Notes: generated from the sequence alone by a model not told the origin. 64,000 nt of DNA from Candidatus Hermodarchaeota archaeon (GCA_048885865.1 JBHLLF010000004.1:64001-128000); one strand, 5' to 3'; counted from the stretch's first letter, positions 37,703 to 48,263 are shown. Numbers and translations are program-made.

Positions 37703-38338
37703 TTAAATATGATGGTCCTCAGGGTCATCACTGGCAGCAAGAAGCTCTTGCTTGTAATGATAGAATCGATAGGCTGCAGTACAGAGACCCATGATTGTAA
37801 CGACCACAAGGCCCCATATGACGAAGCCAAATAATGCAAAAATCACCAGAGTGAGTAGGCGTTCTGACCTGGCACCCAGTCCCACATCAAGGTCCGTCAC
37901 TCCTAGACTCTCTGCACGTGATCTGCTATAGCTGGTCAAGAGCCATCCGGTAATGCAGAGAAGCGCCCAGAATGCAATTGAAACTCCAAATAGAGAGAAC
38001 GATTCGTAGGCCATCGCGATACCAAAAAGCAGAATGACTTCAGATACTTTGTCTATGAATGAGTCAGTGAGTGCACCCGCTTTTGATGCCAGATTACCCT
38101 CTCTTGCAACTACTCCATCCACGCCGTCCAGAAATCCTACGAGAAACACTAGCAGCCCGTAGATTGGCTCTGAATTCAAAATGGTCAAAGCAAGAAGGGC
38201 AAGAATAGCTATTAGTACTGTGAAGTAGGTGATAGAGTCAGGTCGCACATTGCGCTTCACAAGTGGTTTTGCTGCTGCAGTGACTACACCTCTAAAAATG
38301 CCTCTGACTCTGAATTTGCTTGGTGAGATACTAATCAC
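37703..38338 (-). CDS. CDP-alcohol phosphatidyltransferase
   Basis: PDSIT, DGVDGVVAR..AGALTDSFID, SYSRSRAE, RSER. Confidence 0.93.
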   Translation of the reverse strand: MISISPSKFRVRGIFRGVVTAAAKPLVKRNVRPDSITYFTVLIAILALLALTILNSEPIYGLLVFLVGFLDGVDGVVAREGNLASKAGALTDSFIDKVSEVILLFGIAMAYESFSLFGVSIAFWALLCITGWLLTSYSRSRAESLGVTDLDVGLGARSERLLTLVIFALFGFVIWGLVVVTIMGLCTAAYRFYHYKQELLAASDDPEDHHI

Positions 38339-39365
38339 CCTCCTTGGTAATGATTTTGCTTCCATACACAATGGCATCTTTGATCTGATCTCTTGCTTTG
38401 ACTCGGGCTGATTCAATGAGTAGGCAGTTTTCGATAGTGACCTCTGGGGATAGCTTAGTATCATGCTCCATGCTTACACTCGGCCCAACTCTGCATCCCT
38501 CTTCAATGCTGCATTCAGGACCTATGAATGCTGGTCCCGTTATGCTCACACCCGATGCCAAAAGTGTTCCAGATGCGATTTCGACCTGATCACCTATCTC
38601 AATGGTGTCGCCAGGTGGTACAATGATACACCCCTCAATTGGCTCAATTTGTTCGGACAGAATCAGCTCCATTACATCAAGTAGATTCGTGATTGAGTCA
38701 ATATCCGCCCATTTGCCAGCCACTTTGGCTGCATATACATTCATTCGTTGGGATATCATTTGATTTATCGCAGCCACCACAGTCTTCTCTCCGGATGCAT
38801 GAGCAGCACGGAAATGACTGATTGAGTCCGGATTAGCAGCCACAAGCATGGCGCTGTGATACATCGAATCGAAATCCATCAGAGGTGTGCCTATGCCAGC
38901 AACTAGACCATCATCACGAATATACGTGGGGGATTCATTGGATGATTCCGAGGTCACACTGATTGTTAACATGCGAGAGTTCCCACCACTCTCATGTTGC
39001 TCTATGAGTTGCATGACAATGGACGGTGAAACGACATAATCGACTGGGCATATCAGGAATGATTCATCGTCATAGTGGTCGAGAACTGAAGACAAAGTAT
39101 GAAGAGGGCCTTTCTCAATTGACGAGACCTCAACCATTTCTATGGACATGGAATAAGAGTCAGCAATTGCATGCAGGTGTTTCTTGAATAGGTCGTGTTT
39201 CCAACCGACCCCCACGTGTATAGAATGTACGCCTGACTCAGCCAAGACACTAAGTAGCCGTGCTAGAATTGTCTTGCCTGCTAAAGGGATAAGTCCCTTA
39301 GGTATTGACTCACTTAGGGCACCCATTCGTGACCCGCGGCCAGCAGCCAGAATTATGGCGTGTAT
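38331..39365 (-). CDS. Sugar-phosphate nucleotidyltransferase with left-handed beta-helix (probable ATA start)
   Basis: AIILAAGRGSR, PKGL, WADID, hexapeptide repeats. Confidence 0.88.
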   Translation of the reverse strand: MHAIILAAGRGSRMGALSESIPKGLIPLAGKTILARLLSVLAESGVHSIHVGVGWKHDLFKKHLHAIADSYSMSIEMVEVSSIEKGPLHTLSSVLDHYDDESFLICPVDYVVSPSIVMQLIEQHESGGNSRMLTISVTSESSNESPTYIRDDGLVAGIGTPLMDFDSMYHSAMLVAANPDSISHFRAAHASGEKTVVAAINQMISQRMNVYAAKVAGKWADIDSITNLLDVMELILSEQIEPIEGCIIVPPGDTIEIGDQVEIASGTLLASGVSITGPAFIGPECSIEEGCRVGPSVSMEHDTKLSPEVTIENCLLIESARVKARDQIKDAIVYGSKIITKEGD

Positions 39366-39441
39366 GCCTATTCCTCCTTTTAGCCACCCAAATAACATGG
39401 TTCATATCAGTGTTTGTAAGGATAGGAGGTGGTAACTAATA

Positions 39442-40146
39442 TTGACATCTAGAATCCTTACTGTTAAGGATGAGGACAGCTGTGACCCTGTTATTCAGGA
39501 AGCGGTAAGAATCATTCAAGATGGCGGACTGGTAGTTTATCCGACAGATACAAGTTATGGCATTGCTTGTGACCCCATGCAAGAACAGGCACTTGAACGA
39601 TTGATCGCTGCAAAGAAGAGAGACAAAGGGGTTGGTGTGCCACTTCTTTTTTCAGACATTCGTCAATGTGAGAGTTATCATGACTTCGGGAATCTAGAGA
39701 AAGTCCTGGCGCGGCTCTTCTGGCCTGGCGCATTGACATTGATAGTGACAGTAAAGGAGACAATTCCAGCCTACATCACTGGTGGCAGAGCATCCGCAGC
39801 AATAAGAGTCCCTGATCATTTCATTCCACGAAGGATTGCCAAAGAATTAGGAGTGCCAATAGTTGGCACAAGTGCAAATCTGAGTGGTGGCGAATCTCCC
39901 TTTAAAATGTCCACAGCAAGAGAACAGTTGGGAGACGAGGTGGACCTCTATATTGATGGCGGACCATCCTCTGCAAATGCCAACTCATCAATTCTAGGAG
40001 TTGAAGAAACTGGAACTGACGGGCTATTGAATATTAAGATCTATCGTGAGGGGAGTCTGAGTGTGGAAAGGATAACAGATAGCCTTAGAATTGATTCAGA
40101 TGCACTGCGATTTTGGACAAATCGTATCATCTATCCTAAAATGTGA
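39442..40146 (+). CDS. sua5: Threonylcarbamoyl-AMP synthase (YrdC/TsaC-like, no SUA5 C-terminal domain)
   Basis: YPTDTSYG, K-R, FWPGALT, IRVP, TSANLSG. Confidence 0.95.
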   Translation: MTSRILTVKDEDSCDPVIQEAVRIIQDGGLVVYPTDTSYGIACDPMQEQALERLIAAKKRDKGVGVPLLFSDIRQCESYHDFGNLEKVLARLFWPGALTLIVTVKETIPAYITGGRASAAIRVPDHFIPRRIAKELGVPIVGTSANLSGGESPFKMSTAREQLGDEVDLYIDGGPSSANANSSILGVEETGTDGLLNIKIYREGSLSVERITDSLRIDSDALRFWTNRIIYPKM

Positions 40147-40156
40147 GGCGAGCGGT

Positions 40157-40690
40157 CTGCACAATTACAATCTACTAGTGGGTTGTCCCAGGGATAGGGA
40201 AAGAGCCGCAAAATCCGAGGTGATGTACTTCATTGGTGACCTTCTTGAAGACACTGAGCTTCGAGTATATCGAACACCAATCTCGGGCTTGCTTGCAGCC
40301 TTAACAACTCTAGACCCCTTTGATGTTGTTCACAGATTGAAAGAGTTCGCCATAGAGAACGCCTATCAATTTCGATTCGCAATACGTTTCACACCAATCG
40401 AAAAATGCGTTTCAACATCAATAGAAGAAATAGTAAAAGCAACAGAAGAATTGAGCGATAAGATAGATGAGAATGACTCATTCAGAGTGACAGTACGGCG
40501 GCGTCATACAGAGTTGGAAAACATGGAGGTTGTGAATGCTGCTGCTGCTGTGATCTCCAGACGAGTTGACCTAAACCAGCCTGATAAGACTGTGTGGATC
40601 GAGATTGTAGGTGAATGGACAGGAGTTTCTGTTCTAAACCAGAACGATGACATTCTCTCGATTATGACCATGCGGGATGACATGTATTAG
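40157..40690 (+). CDS. Stand-alone THUMP-domain protein (probable CTG start)
   Basis: YNLLV, SFRVTVRRR, VDLNQPDKTVWIEIVG. Confidence 0.9.
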   Translation: MHNYNLLVGCPRDRERAAKSEVMYFIGDLLEDTELRVYRTPISGLLAALTTLDPFDVVHRLKEFAIENAYQFRFAIRFTPIEKCVSTSIEEIVKATEELSDKIDENDSFRVTVRRRHTELENMEVVNAAAAVISRRVDLNQPDKTVWIEIVGEWTGVSVLNQNDDILSIMTMRDDMY

Positions 40691-40697
40691 TCCTGAG

Positions 40698-41291
40698 CTA
40701 CGCTTCAAGAGAAACCATTGATACCCTGCTTATCACACAGCCTGAAAGGGCCTGGTATCTTGCCTCGAGTGAGTCTGATGATGAAAGTGCAGTGAGTTCG
40801 GCGTCATTAATCCCAAAATGCATCATTATGAGCTGTATCCGTTCCTCTGTGGGAACAAAAGGTTGCTGAACAAATGACCCTATCTTATCGACGATGTAGT
40901 CAGCATGACTCTTCAGATTATTCTCATCTATACCCATGACGACTGCAGCAACAGATGTTGTTTCATCATTGACACCTAGCTTTTCTAGTGCAACTCCGAT
41001 TTGATGTTGGCCTGATGCATAGAGTAGTATCTCAACGGCGAGGTTTCTTGAAATCGCATAATTCCCCCTCCAAGCATTCAACGCATTTTGTGCAGCTGAA
41101 AGAAGGTGCACCTCTCCTGCTACAAGAGTTGAGTCAAGCAATTGTACTGCTATGATTCCTTCAATTTGCTCAGAGGCTAGAGAGATTATTTCCTCCTTTT
41201 TCAAGAGTTTGACATTGGTAATTTCCCCAACGGCTACATGAAAGACTTCATCATCGTAAGTCAGGGTTTCCAGACGCATTTTCATCCACAC
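40698..41291 (-). CDS. cgi121: KEOPS subunit Cgi121
   Basis: HLLSAAQNA, SRNLAVEILLYASGQHQIGVALEKLG. Confidence 0.92.
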   Translation of the reverse strand: MWMKMRLETLTYDDEVFHVAVGEITNVKLLKKEEIISLASEQIEGIIAVQLLDSTLVAGEVHLLSAAQNALNAWRGNYAISRNLAVEILLYASGQHQIGVALEKLGVNDETTSVAAVVMGIDENNLKSHADYIVDKIGSFVQQPFVPTEERIQLIMMHFGINDAELTALSSSDSLEARYQALSGCVISRVSMVSLEA

Positions 41292-41300
41292 TTCTTCAGT

Positions 41301-41882
41301 CTAGAGTCTCTTGATGAAATAGTCTGCGACGGTTGGCTCGAATCCCACCTCAAAGACGAGCTTATTGCGAATTTGCTTGAGGTCCATTGAAGGATCTTCC
41401 TTCTTGAACACTTTTACCAATGCGATGATTGATTCCCGCAATTCCCACGGATATACTGTCCACCTCTCGGTCTGCACCATATAGAAATCTGGTTTGACTC
41501 GCGACCAAGGCTTCCAGTGCAGCACTGCTGTCTTTACTTCACCCGCTCCCAAGCCCTGAACATGTTCGATTGCATGATAGAGACTATCCCCTGTGTCGGC
41601 GACCTCATCCACCAGCAATATGCTCTTGCCTTCCATTGATCCTGTGATTGGTTGGGTAATTTTGGGCTCGCGTCCTTTCTGACCTACATCACTGTAGTAT
41701 TCTATGCGGATATTCTGAAGACTATCTGCATAGAGTACATCGGAAAGCACTCTGGCTGGTATCCAACCACCTCTTGCTATTCCTACCACTACGTCAGGCT
41801 TGAAACCGCTCTCAACCACACGCTCTGAAAGTCGAAGCGTAAGATTGTACACGTCTTCCCAAGTTAGAATTAGATACTCCAT
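41301..41882 (-). CDS. Purine (Gpt/Hpt-like) phosphoribosyltransferase
   Basis: IARGG, ILLVDEVADTGDS, W.VYPWE. Confidence 0.9.
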   Translation of the reverse strand: MEYLILTWEDVYNLTLRLSERVVESGFKPDVVVGIARGGWIPARVLSDVLYADSLQNIRIEYYSDVGQKGREPKITQPITGSMEGKSILLVDEVADTGDSLYHAIEHVQGLGAGEVKTAVLHWKPWSRVKPDFYMVQTERWTVYPWELRESIIALVKVFKKEDPSMDLKQIRNKLVFEVGFEPTVADYFIKRL

Positions 41883-42009
41883 TCTACTCCATGACCCCAC
41901 ATGGGCTTTGCAGCTCAGTGTACTTCCTCCATAATAACAGTACTGCTGAGAGACCCTTCAGCACAATGTAGATTTAGGACGGGTTGTTTTCCACTCAATG
42001 TGAATAGAA

Positions 42010-43275
42010 ATGAAGCCCGACATTGTCCTCTCCCATATCGCTCAACTTGCTACTCTCAAAGGACATAGCACAGCGCCAAAGAGAGGAGAGAGCTTGAAGG
42101 ATTTGTCTATAATTGAGGATGGAGCTGTTGCCATTCAAGATGGGAAGATCATAGCGGTTGGAACGACTAGAGAAATCATGTCAAGCCTCAGCGGTGAGCC
42201 AAAACTTCCGCCAATCGAGTTTCCCAGTATGCTGGCAATTCCGGGTTTTGTAGACAGTCATACGCATCTAGCATTTGGAGGTTCAAGAGAGAATGACTTT
42301 GCTATGAAGCTTGCAGGCAAGACCTACATGGAGATATTGGAGGGTGGTGGGGGCATACTAAACACCCTGAAAGCGACACGTGCAGCGACTCAAGATGAAC
42401 TAATCTCCAATGCGTTCTCATATGCTGAGAGCATGATCGCATCTGGGACTACAGCAATCGAGGCCAAGAGTGGTTATGGCCTTGATGTAGAGAATGAATT
42501 GAAGCTGCTTCGTGTTCCAGAGGCATTAAGGGACAAATTGCCCTCAGAGTTTGTATCAACGTTCATGGGAGCACACGCGATTCCTCCTGAGTATAAGGGC
42601 AGCACAGACGATTATGTCAGTCTTGTAATCAACGAAATGATTCCATCTGTTGCGAAACAAAATCTGGCAGAGTTCTGTGATGTCTTCTGTGAAGAAGGTG
42701 TATTCAGTGTTGAGCAGTCGAGAGAGATTCTTCAAGCAGCAAAAGGCAAGGGCATGAAGCTGAAGGTTCACGCGGACGAGATTGTTCAACTTGGAGGGGC
42801 GGGCCTTGCAGCAGAAGTGGGGGCAATCTCTGCAGACCATCTTTTGATGTCTTCCAATGATGATTTGGAAGCCATGCGAAAAGCTGGAACCATTGCAACC
42901 TTACTACCCGGAACTGCATTTAGTCTTGACACTGAATATGCTGATGCTCGCAAGATGATAGAAATGGGGCTTCCTGTGGCACTTGCCACTGACTTCAATC
43001 CAAATTGCGCAAACGAGTCCATGTTCTTCACGATATCTTTGGCCTGTTACAAGATGAAGATGCATCCCCGAGAAGCGATCTCTGCGGCGACGATAAATGG
43101 GGCTCATGCTCTTGGAAAAAGTGAAACATTGGGAAGCATAGAACAGGGCAAGCGTGCAGACATCCTCATATTGGACTGCCCAAATCCAGAGTATCTATCG
43201 TGGAGGTTCGGAGTCAATCTGATACATACAGTTGTTGCCAATGGCCAGGTTGTGCATACTAAGCTTGGGCCTTAG
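42010..43275 (+). CDS. hutI: Imidazolonepropionase
   Basis: PGFVDSHTH, GGGI, EAKSGYGL, GAH, DVFCE, HADE, SADH, ATDFNP. Confidence 0.97.
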   Translation: MKPDIVLSHIAQLATLKGHSTAPKRGESLKDLSIIEDGAVAIQDGKIIAVGTTREIMSSLSGEPKLPPIEFPSMLAIPGFVDSHTHLAFGGSRENDFAMKLAGKTYMEILEGGGGILNTLKATRAATQDELISNAFSYAESMIASGTTAIEAKSGYGLDVENELKLLRVPEALRDKLPSEFVSTFMGAHAIPPEYKGSTDDYVSLVINEMIPSVAKQNLAEFCDVFCEEGVFSVEQSREILQAAKGKGMKLKVHADEIVQLGGAGLAAEVGAISADHLLMSSNDDLEAMRKAGTIATLLPGTAFSLDTEYADARKMIEMGLPVALATDFNPNCANESMFFTISLACYKMKMHPREAISAATINGAHALGKSETLGSIEQGKRADILILDCPNPEYLSWRFGVNLIHTVVANGQVVHTKLGP

Positions 43276-43739
43276 GACAGGCATTCTTCAGGACGAGTTC
43301 CTGATTCCTGAAACTCTTTGAAGTGTTCGAGCCACCTTGGGCTCTTTGGGGCACCTTTCACCCACTCCACGAATTGCGTGAGTTTCTCTACAGTTTCTGG
43401 ATTTGCGATGTGCTCAAATTCACAAGCATCATCATCCGCAATCTCTTCATCTATGCCAATCATGCAGAAGAACCACTTGATGGTCTTGTGAGCACGATCG
43501 AGGTGCTCTGCGATCTCCTCCCCCTTGGGTGTCAGACTGACACTGCGATAACGCTCATAATTTACGAGCCCAATCTTCTTGAGCTTCTGAAGAACGTATG
43601 TCACGCTAGGTGCCTTCACACCTCTCATCTCGGCTATATCAGTGACATTTGCAGAACCATATTTCTGTTGCAACTCGTATATTGACTCAAGGTACTGCTC
43701 CATGGCTTTTGTCATGCCTTTCAAGACCCGTTCACACAC
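43272..43739 (-). CDS. DtxR/MntR metal-dependent regulator
   Basis: EQYLESIY, PSVT, LTPKG, H, DACEFEH. Confidence 0.92.
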   Translation of the reverse strand: MCERVLKGMTKAMEQYLESIYELQQKYGSANVTDIAEMRGVKAPSVTYVLQKLKKIGLVNYERYRSVSLTPKGEEIAEHLDRAHKTIKWFFCMIGIDEEIADDDACEFEHIANPETVEKLTQFVEWVKGAPKSPRWLEHFKEFQESGTRPEECLS

Positions 43740-43798
43740 CCTAGATACAAAGCAAAATACTATTTGGAAGACAGATAAAGCTTGACGAGTGCCCGGCT

Positions 43799-45331
43799 TT
43801 AGCCTTCTAATAGAGTTCCTGTGAGTCTCTCAACACTCGCGACAATGGTTCCCGAGTCTATCTTCTCTCGAATCTTTTCAATATCAGGATGCAGCGGCCG
43901 GTCGTCATCTAGTTGTGGAACGATTTCTCTGATTGCTCCAAACGCCAGTTTGAGAGGCTCAGACGGTTGCAGGGGTAATAATAGACTAAGTCCCTGTGCC
44001 GCACACATGTATTCTATAGCAATGACGTTCTTCACATTGTCAAGTATATCTGCAGCCTTCCGAGCTGAGATGGTTCCCATGCTCACATGATCCTCTTGGT
44101 CAGCGCTGGTTGGAATGGAATCGATGCTTGCTGGATGGGCTAGAACCTTGTTTTCTGATACAAGAGCGGCAGCTGTATATTGAGCAATCATCAAGCCAGT
44201 TTCAAGCCCGCCTTCAGTTGTCAAGAATGGAGGTAAACCACTCAGATTGGGATTGACAAGTCGATTCACTCTTCGTTCTGATATGTTAGCAATCTCTGAT
44301 AGTGCAATACCCACGAAATCCATAGCTAGAGCAATGGGCTGACCGTGGAAGTTCCCCCCAGAAATTACCTCATTATCATCAGGAAACACTAGAGGGTTAT
44401 CACTTGCTGAATTGATCTCGATTTCGAGTGTGGTCTGCGCATACCTAAGAGCATCAAGTGACGCACCAAGTACTTGGGGAATGCAACGCAATGAATAGGC
44501 ATCATGCACGATACCACAATCTGCATGAGATTGATTTAGCTCGCTGTCTCTGAGTATCTCAAGCATTGCACGAGCAACATCAGTCTGACCCTCGTGGCGT
44601 CTTACATTATGAATGCGTTCATCAAACGCAGTACGTGTTCCTCTTAGTGCTTCAAGACTCATTGAGGCGGCGATACATGCATCCTTGAGGAGAGTCAAAG
44701 CGTCATAGACGACTATTGAGCCAACTGCACACATCGGTTGAGTCCCATTAATCAGAGCTACCCCTTCCTTTGCCTGTAGCACTAGAGGTTTAATTCCTGC
44801 TCGATTAAGACCATCTGCTCCATCAATTTGCTCACCCTTGTAGTATGCTTTACCCTCACCAATCATGACTAAAGCCATGTGCGCAAGCGGAGCAAGATCT
44901 CCGCTAGAGCCGACTGAACCTTGCTGCGGAACTACAGGAGTCACTCCAGTATTAAGCATGTCAATGAGCATCTCAATGACATCCAATCGCACTCCCGAGT
45001 ATCCCTTTGCAAGAGCATTAGCTCGCAAGAGCATCATTCCTCTCACTACTTCAATGGAGAAGGGAGGACCAACTCCAGCGCAGTGACTTCGAATAAGGTT
45101 GACTTGCAGCTTCGCCAAATCCTTGGAGTCTATGCAGACATCTGACAGGTCTCCGAAGCCTGTGTTCACACCATATACAATCCGACCTTCCTTCACGGCC
45201 TTCTCGATAACATCTCTGCTACTCAGAATACCGTCAAGCGCAGCTTCGGCTAGCTCCACAGGCTCATCATTGCGAGCCACCTTCACAACATCCTCGATGG
45301 ATAGACTAATGCCATCAATGACCACAGTCAT
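43799..45331 (-). CDS. hutH: Histidine ammonia-lyase (Ser-Ser-Gly MIO variant)
   Basis: VYGVNTGFG, LIRSH, GSVGSSGDLAPL, KEG.ALINGT, YSLRCIPQV, GGNFHG, QEDHVSMG. Confidence 0.95.
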   Translation of the reverse strand: MTVVIDGISLSIEDVVKVARNDEPVELAEAALDGILSSRDVIEKAVKEGRIVYGVNTGFGDLSDVCIDSKDLAKLQVNLIRSHCAGVGPPFSIEVVRGMMLLRANALAKGYSGVRLDVIEMLIDMLNTGVTPVVPQQGSVGSSGDLAPLAHMALVMIGEGKAYYKGEQIDGADGLNRAGIKPLVLQAKEGVALINGTQPMCAVGSIVVYDALTLLKDACIAASMSLEALRGTRTAFDERIHNVRRHEGQTDVARAMLEILRDSELNQSHADCGIVHDAYSLRCIPQVLGASLDALRYAQTTLEIEINSASDNPLVFPDDNEVISGGNFHGQPIALAMDFVGIALSEIANISERRVNRLVNPNLSGLPPFLTTEGGLETGLMIAQYTAAALVSENKVLAHPASIDSIPTSADQEDHVSMGTISARKAADILDNVKNVIAIEYMCAAQGLSLLLPLQPSEPLKLAFGAIREIVPQLDDDRPLHPDIEKIREKIDSGTIVASVERLTGTLLEG

Positions 45332-45407
45332 GGATTCACCTCGTGACTCCGTGCCCTTTCCTAAGGCATGTGGTCCTGCTTTAGTAATTACCGGAGAATG
45401 CTTCAAA

Positions 45408-45429
45408 GCGTCAATGTATCGACTGACGC
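45408..45429 (-). terminator. Possible terminator hairpin after the methyltransferase gene
   Basis: GCGUCAGU-CGAUAC-AUUGACGC followed by UUU. Confidence 0.35.
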
Positions 45430-45476
45430 AACATAATATCGAATTTGATCTGAATTTGACTGACACATACCAGGAT

Positions 45477-46175
45477 TCACTGACTGTACTCGCGGGTTCG
45501 CCAGAGGAAAGACCGTTCATAATCTGATCTATATGAGGCAGTCTTCATCAACCTCTCACTTGTAAATCGAGTTGCAGAGGTCAGATAGCCCTTAGCACCA
45601 GAATCATGCACATTCGACTCATAGATCACATCTCGAATGTAGTTGAGATGGAATCTGTCTTGGAAAGACTCGGTGATTTCCCTCACACTCATCCTTCTTG
45701 GTCCGGTCATTCCAGGTTGCTTGACAGAGAAGCTCAACATGAAGTATGAGCCTCTGGGCCTCAGAACTCTAGCAACCTGTTCGACGTATAGCTGTCGCTC
45801 CTCATCAGTCAGAGTATGAAAAAGTCCCGAGTCAAGCACTACATCAAACTCAGCTTCGCGGAAGTAATAGTCCAGTTCCAACACGTCACCCACTAGAAAT
45901 TCGACGTCCACATCCCTCTCGAAGGCCTTCACTTGTGCTATCTCTATTGCTCTAGGAGTGAAGTCTATGCCCACAACATCAGAGCCATTGGTAGCCAGAA
46001 ATATCGCATTCTCGCCGGTCCCGCAACCTACATCCAAGATTCTTCCTGATAACTCTCGGCTATCATGAAGGTCAACAATAGCCCGTTGTGGGCGACCTAT
46101 ATCCCAAGGGGGAGTTTTTTCGTAAGCACCGGTCCATCCGCTCAATCTCAAACACAGGTCTTGCAGCCCGAACAA
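45477..46175 (-). CDS. Class I SAM-dependent methyltransferase (TehB/TPMT-like)
   Basis: PPWDIGRPQ, ILDVGCGTG, FDVVLDSGLFH. Confidence 0.9.
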   Translation of the reverse strand: MFGLQDLCLRLSGWTGAYEKTPPWDIGRPQRAIVDLHDSRELSGRILDVGCGTGENAIFLATNGSDVVGIDFTPRAIEIAQVKAFERDVDVEFLVGDVLELDYYFREAEFDVVLDSGLFHTLTDEERQLYVEQVARVLRPRGSYFMLSFSVKQPGMTGPRRMSVREITESFQDRFHLNYIRDVIYESNVHDSGAKGYLTSATRFTSERLMKTASYRSDYERSFLWRTREYSQ

Positions 46176-46211
46176 TAGTTAATATTCTTTGGTTAGGGGA
46201 TGCAACAATGA

Positions 46212-48263
46212 TTATCGAAGCATTTTCTTCACAATACTCTCTACAAGTCCTTCTTCTGGCACGTAGGGCAGAGTAATCTGACCTTTGTTGCTCATCAACT
46301 TGTTCCATTCAATCACAGTTTCAATCGAATGGTCATTTCTAGCCCATGCCCGTCTAGCGACTCCTCCCATCACATCCCAATCAAGGCCAAGGCGGATAAT
46401 GTTGTCTACTCTCTCACTTCCATCAAGCACAAGGCCAAAGCCGCCATTGATGGCTTTCCCGGTACCTACGCCGCCTCCATTTGATAGAACACAGAGAGTC
46501 ATTCCTCTTGCTGCGTTCCCAGCCCAGATTTGATGAGCCATGTCACTTGTTACATTGCTTCCATCATGAATGTTCGCAGTTTCTCTGAAAGGAGAGTCTG
46601 TACCACCTGTATCATGATGGTCCCTCCCCATCATGACAGGGCCAATCTCACCCTCGCGGACCTCCTTATTGAACTCCAACGCAATTCTGACTCGTCCAGC
46701 CGCATCAGCATAGAGAATTCTTGCCTGAGAGCCAACAACCAAATCGTTCTTCTCAGCATCTCGAATCCAGACGAAATTATCTCGATCCTGACCTCTTCTT
46801 GCTGGGTCTATACAAGACATAGCAGTCTGGTCGGTCTTAATCAAGTCTTCATGCTTGCCGCTCAGACATACCCAACGAAATGGGCCATACCCATAGTCGA
46901 AACAGATCGGTCCCATGATGTCTTCCACATAAGAGGGGAATATGAAACCGTCATCAGGATTCTTACCGTTCTTTGCGATGGCTGTCACCCCAGCGTCGAA
47001 CACTGCTTTCATGAAGCTATTGCCATAGTCCCAGAAGAATGAGCCTCGTTTCGTAATCTTCTGAATGAGTTCAAACTGCAGTTTCAGTGATTTGTCAACG
47101 AGAACCTTGAATTCTGCTCGATCTGTTCTCAGTAGCTCTCGACCCTGTTCAAAGGTCAGTCCTTGGGGAGTGTATCCACCATTATAGACATCATGACAGG
47201 ATGTCTGGTCCGAAGAGAGATCAATTGGTATCTCATTATCTGCAACATACTTCCATAGATCGACAACATTTCCATAGTAGCCAATCGAGATAGGCTCGTT
47301 CTGTTCCTTGTATTCTTCAACCCATTCGAAAATCTCTGCCAAATCAGCAGAATACTTGCTCAGCCAACCCTGTTCGTGGCGGGTTTCAATGCGACTTTTA
47401 TCCACTTCTGCAATAAGACCTATGCCACCTGCAATCTCGATTGCTTTCGCCTGGGCACCGCTCATCCCACCAAGCCCTGAGGTCAAAAACGTCCGACCTC
47501 GAAGGTCTCTGTCTTCAGGTAGTTCCAAATATAGCCTTCCGGCATTGAGTAATGTAATGTAGGTCCCATGGACTATACCTTGCGGACCAATATACATCCA
47601 GCCTCCAGCTGTCATCTGCCCGTAATTTGCGACCCCCATCGCTGCAGCTCTGTGGAACCCATCGAGGGTGTCATACATGCCAACCATGAGCCCGTTTGTC
47701 GTGATTGCACGCGGAGCAAGCTTGTGAGAAGGGAATAGACCGACCGGATGGCCGGAACTTACAACAAGAGTCTGTTCATCTGTCATTGTTTCCAGATACT
47801 GCTTGATGAGCCTGTACTGCATCCAGTTCTGGCAGACCTGTCCGCTCTCTCCATAAGTCACGAGTTCGTAGGGATATAGCGCTACATCGAAGTCCAAGTT
47901 ATTGTCAATCATGACTTGTAGTGCTCTGGCTTCTAGGATTCCCTTGTACTCTTCTACTGGCAGCGCTTTGATGGGCCCTGGAGGACGATAACGGTACCCA
48001 TAGATCCGCCCTCTGGTCATCAACTCATTCAAGAATTCTGGAGCGAGTGTTTCGTGAAGATTTGCTGGAATGTATCTAAGAGCGTTCTTAAGCGCTATCA
48101 CAGTATCAGATTCGGATAGAGTGTATCCTCTATTCGGGGCTCTCCTGTATCGTACATCAAACTCTGGATATGGGGGTAGCTCTTGAGGGAGCTTAATGGT
48201 CATCGCCTTGGACACATCAAATGTCACAATATCACATCCCGCAGTGAGGTTCTCAATATGCAC
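46212..48263 (-). CDS. hutU: Urocanate hydratase, long (UROC1-like) form
   Basis: GRIYGYRYRP, YGQMTAGGWMYIGPQGIVHGT, GLGGMSGAQ, DQTSCH, GPFRW, GRDHHD. Confidence 0.97.
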   Translation of the reverse strand: MHIENLTAGCDIVTFDVSKAMTIKLPQELPPYPEFDVRYRRAPNRGYTLSESDTVIALKNALRYIPANLHETLAPEFLNELMTRGRIYGYRYRPPGPIKALPVEEYKGILEARALQVMIDNNLDFDVALYPYELVTYGESGQVCQNWMQYRLIKQYLETMTDEQTLVVSSGHPVGLFPSHKLAPRAITTNGLMVGMYDTLDGFHRAAAMGVANYGQMTAGGWMYIGPQGIVHGTYITLLNAGRLYLELPEDRDLRGRTFLTSGLGGMSGAQAKAIEIAGGIGLIAEVDKSRIETRHEQGWLSKYSADLAEIFEWVEEYKEQNEPISIGYYGNVVDLWKYVADNEIPIDLSSDQTSCHDVYNGGYTPQGLTFEQGRELLRTDRAEFKVLVDKSLKLQFELIQKITKRGSFFWDYGNSFMKAVFDAGVTAIAKNGKNPDDGFIFPSYVEDIMGPICFDYGYGPFRWVCLSGKHEDLIKTDQTAMSCIDPARRGQDRDNFVWIRDAEKNDLVVGSQARILYADAAGRVRIALEFNKEVREGEIGPVMMGRDHHDTGGTDSPFRETANIHDGSNVTSDMAHQIWAGNAARGMTLCVLSNGGGVGTGKAINGGFGLVLDGSERVDNIIRLGLDWDVMGGVARRAWARNDHSIETVIEWNKLMSNKGQITLPYVPEEGLVESIVKKMLR

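Noticed and set aside
43753-43767. AAATA-C-TATTT palindrome upstream of the DtxR gene
   Set aside because: Plausible autoregulatory site, but too short and AT-rich to distinguish from chance
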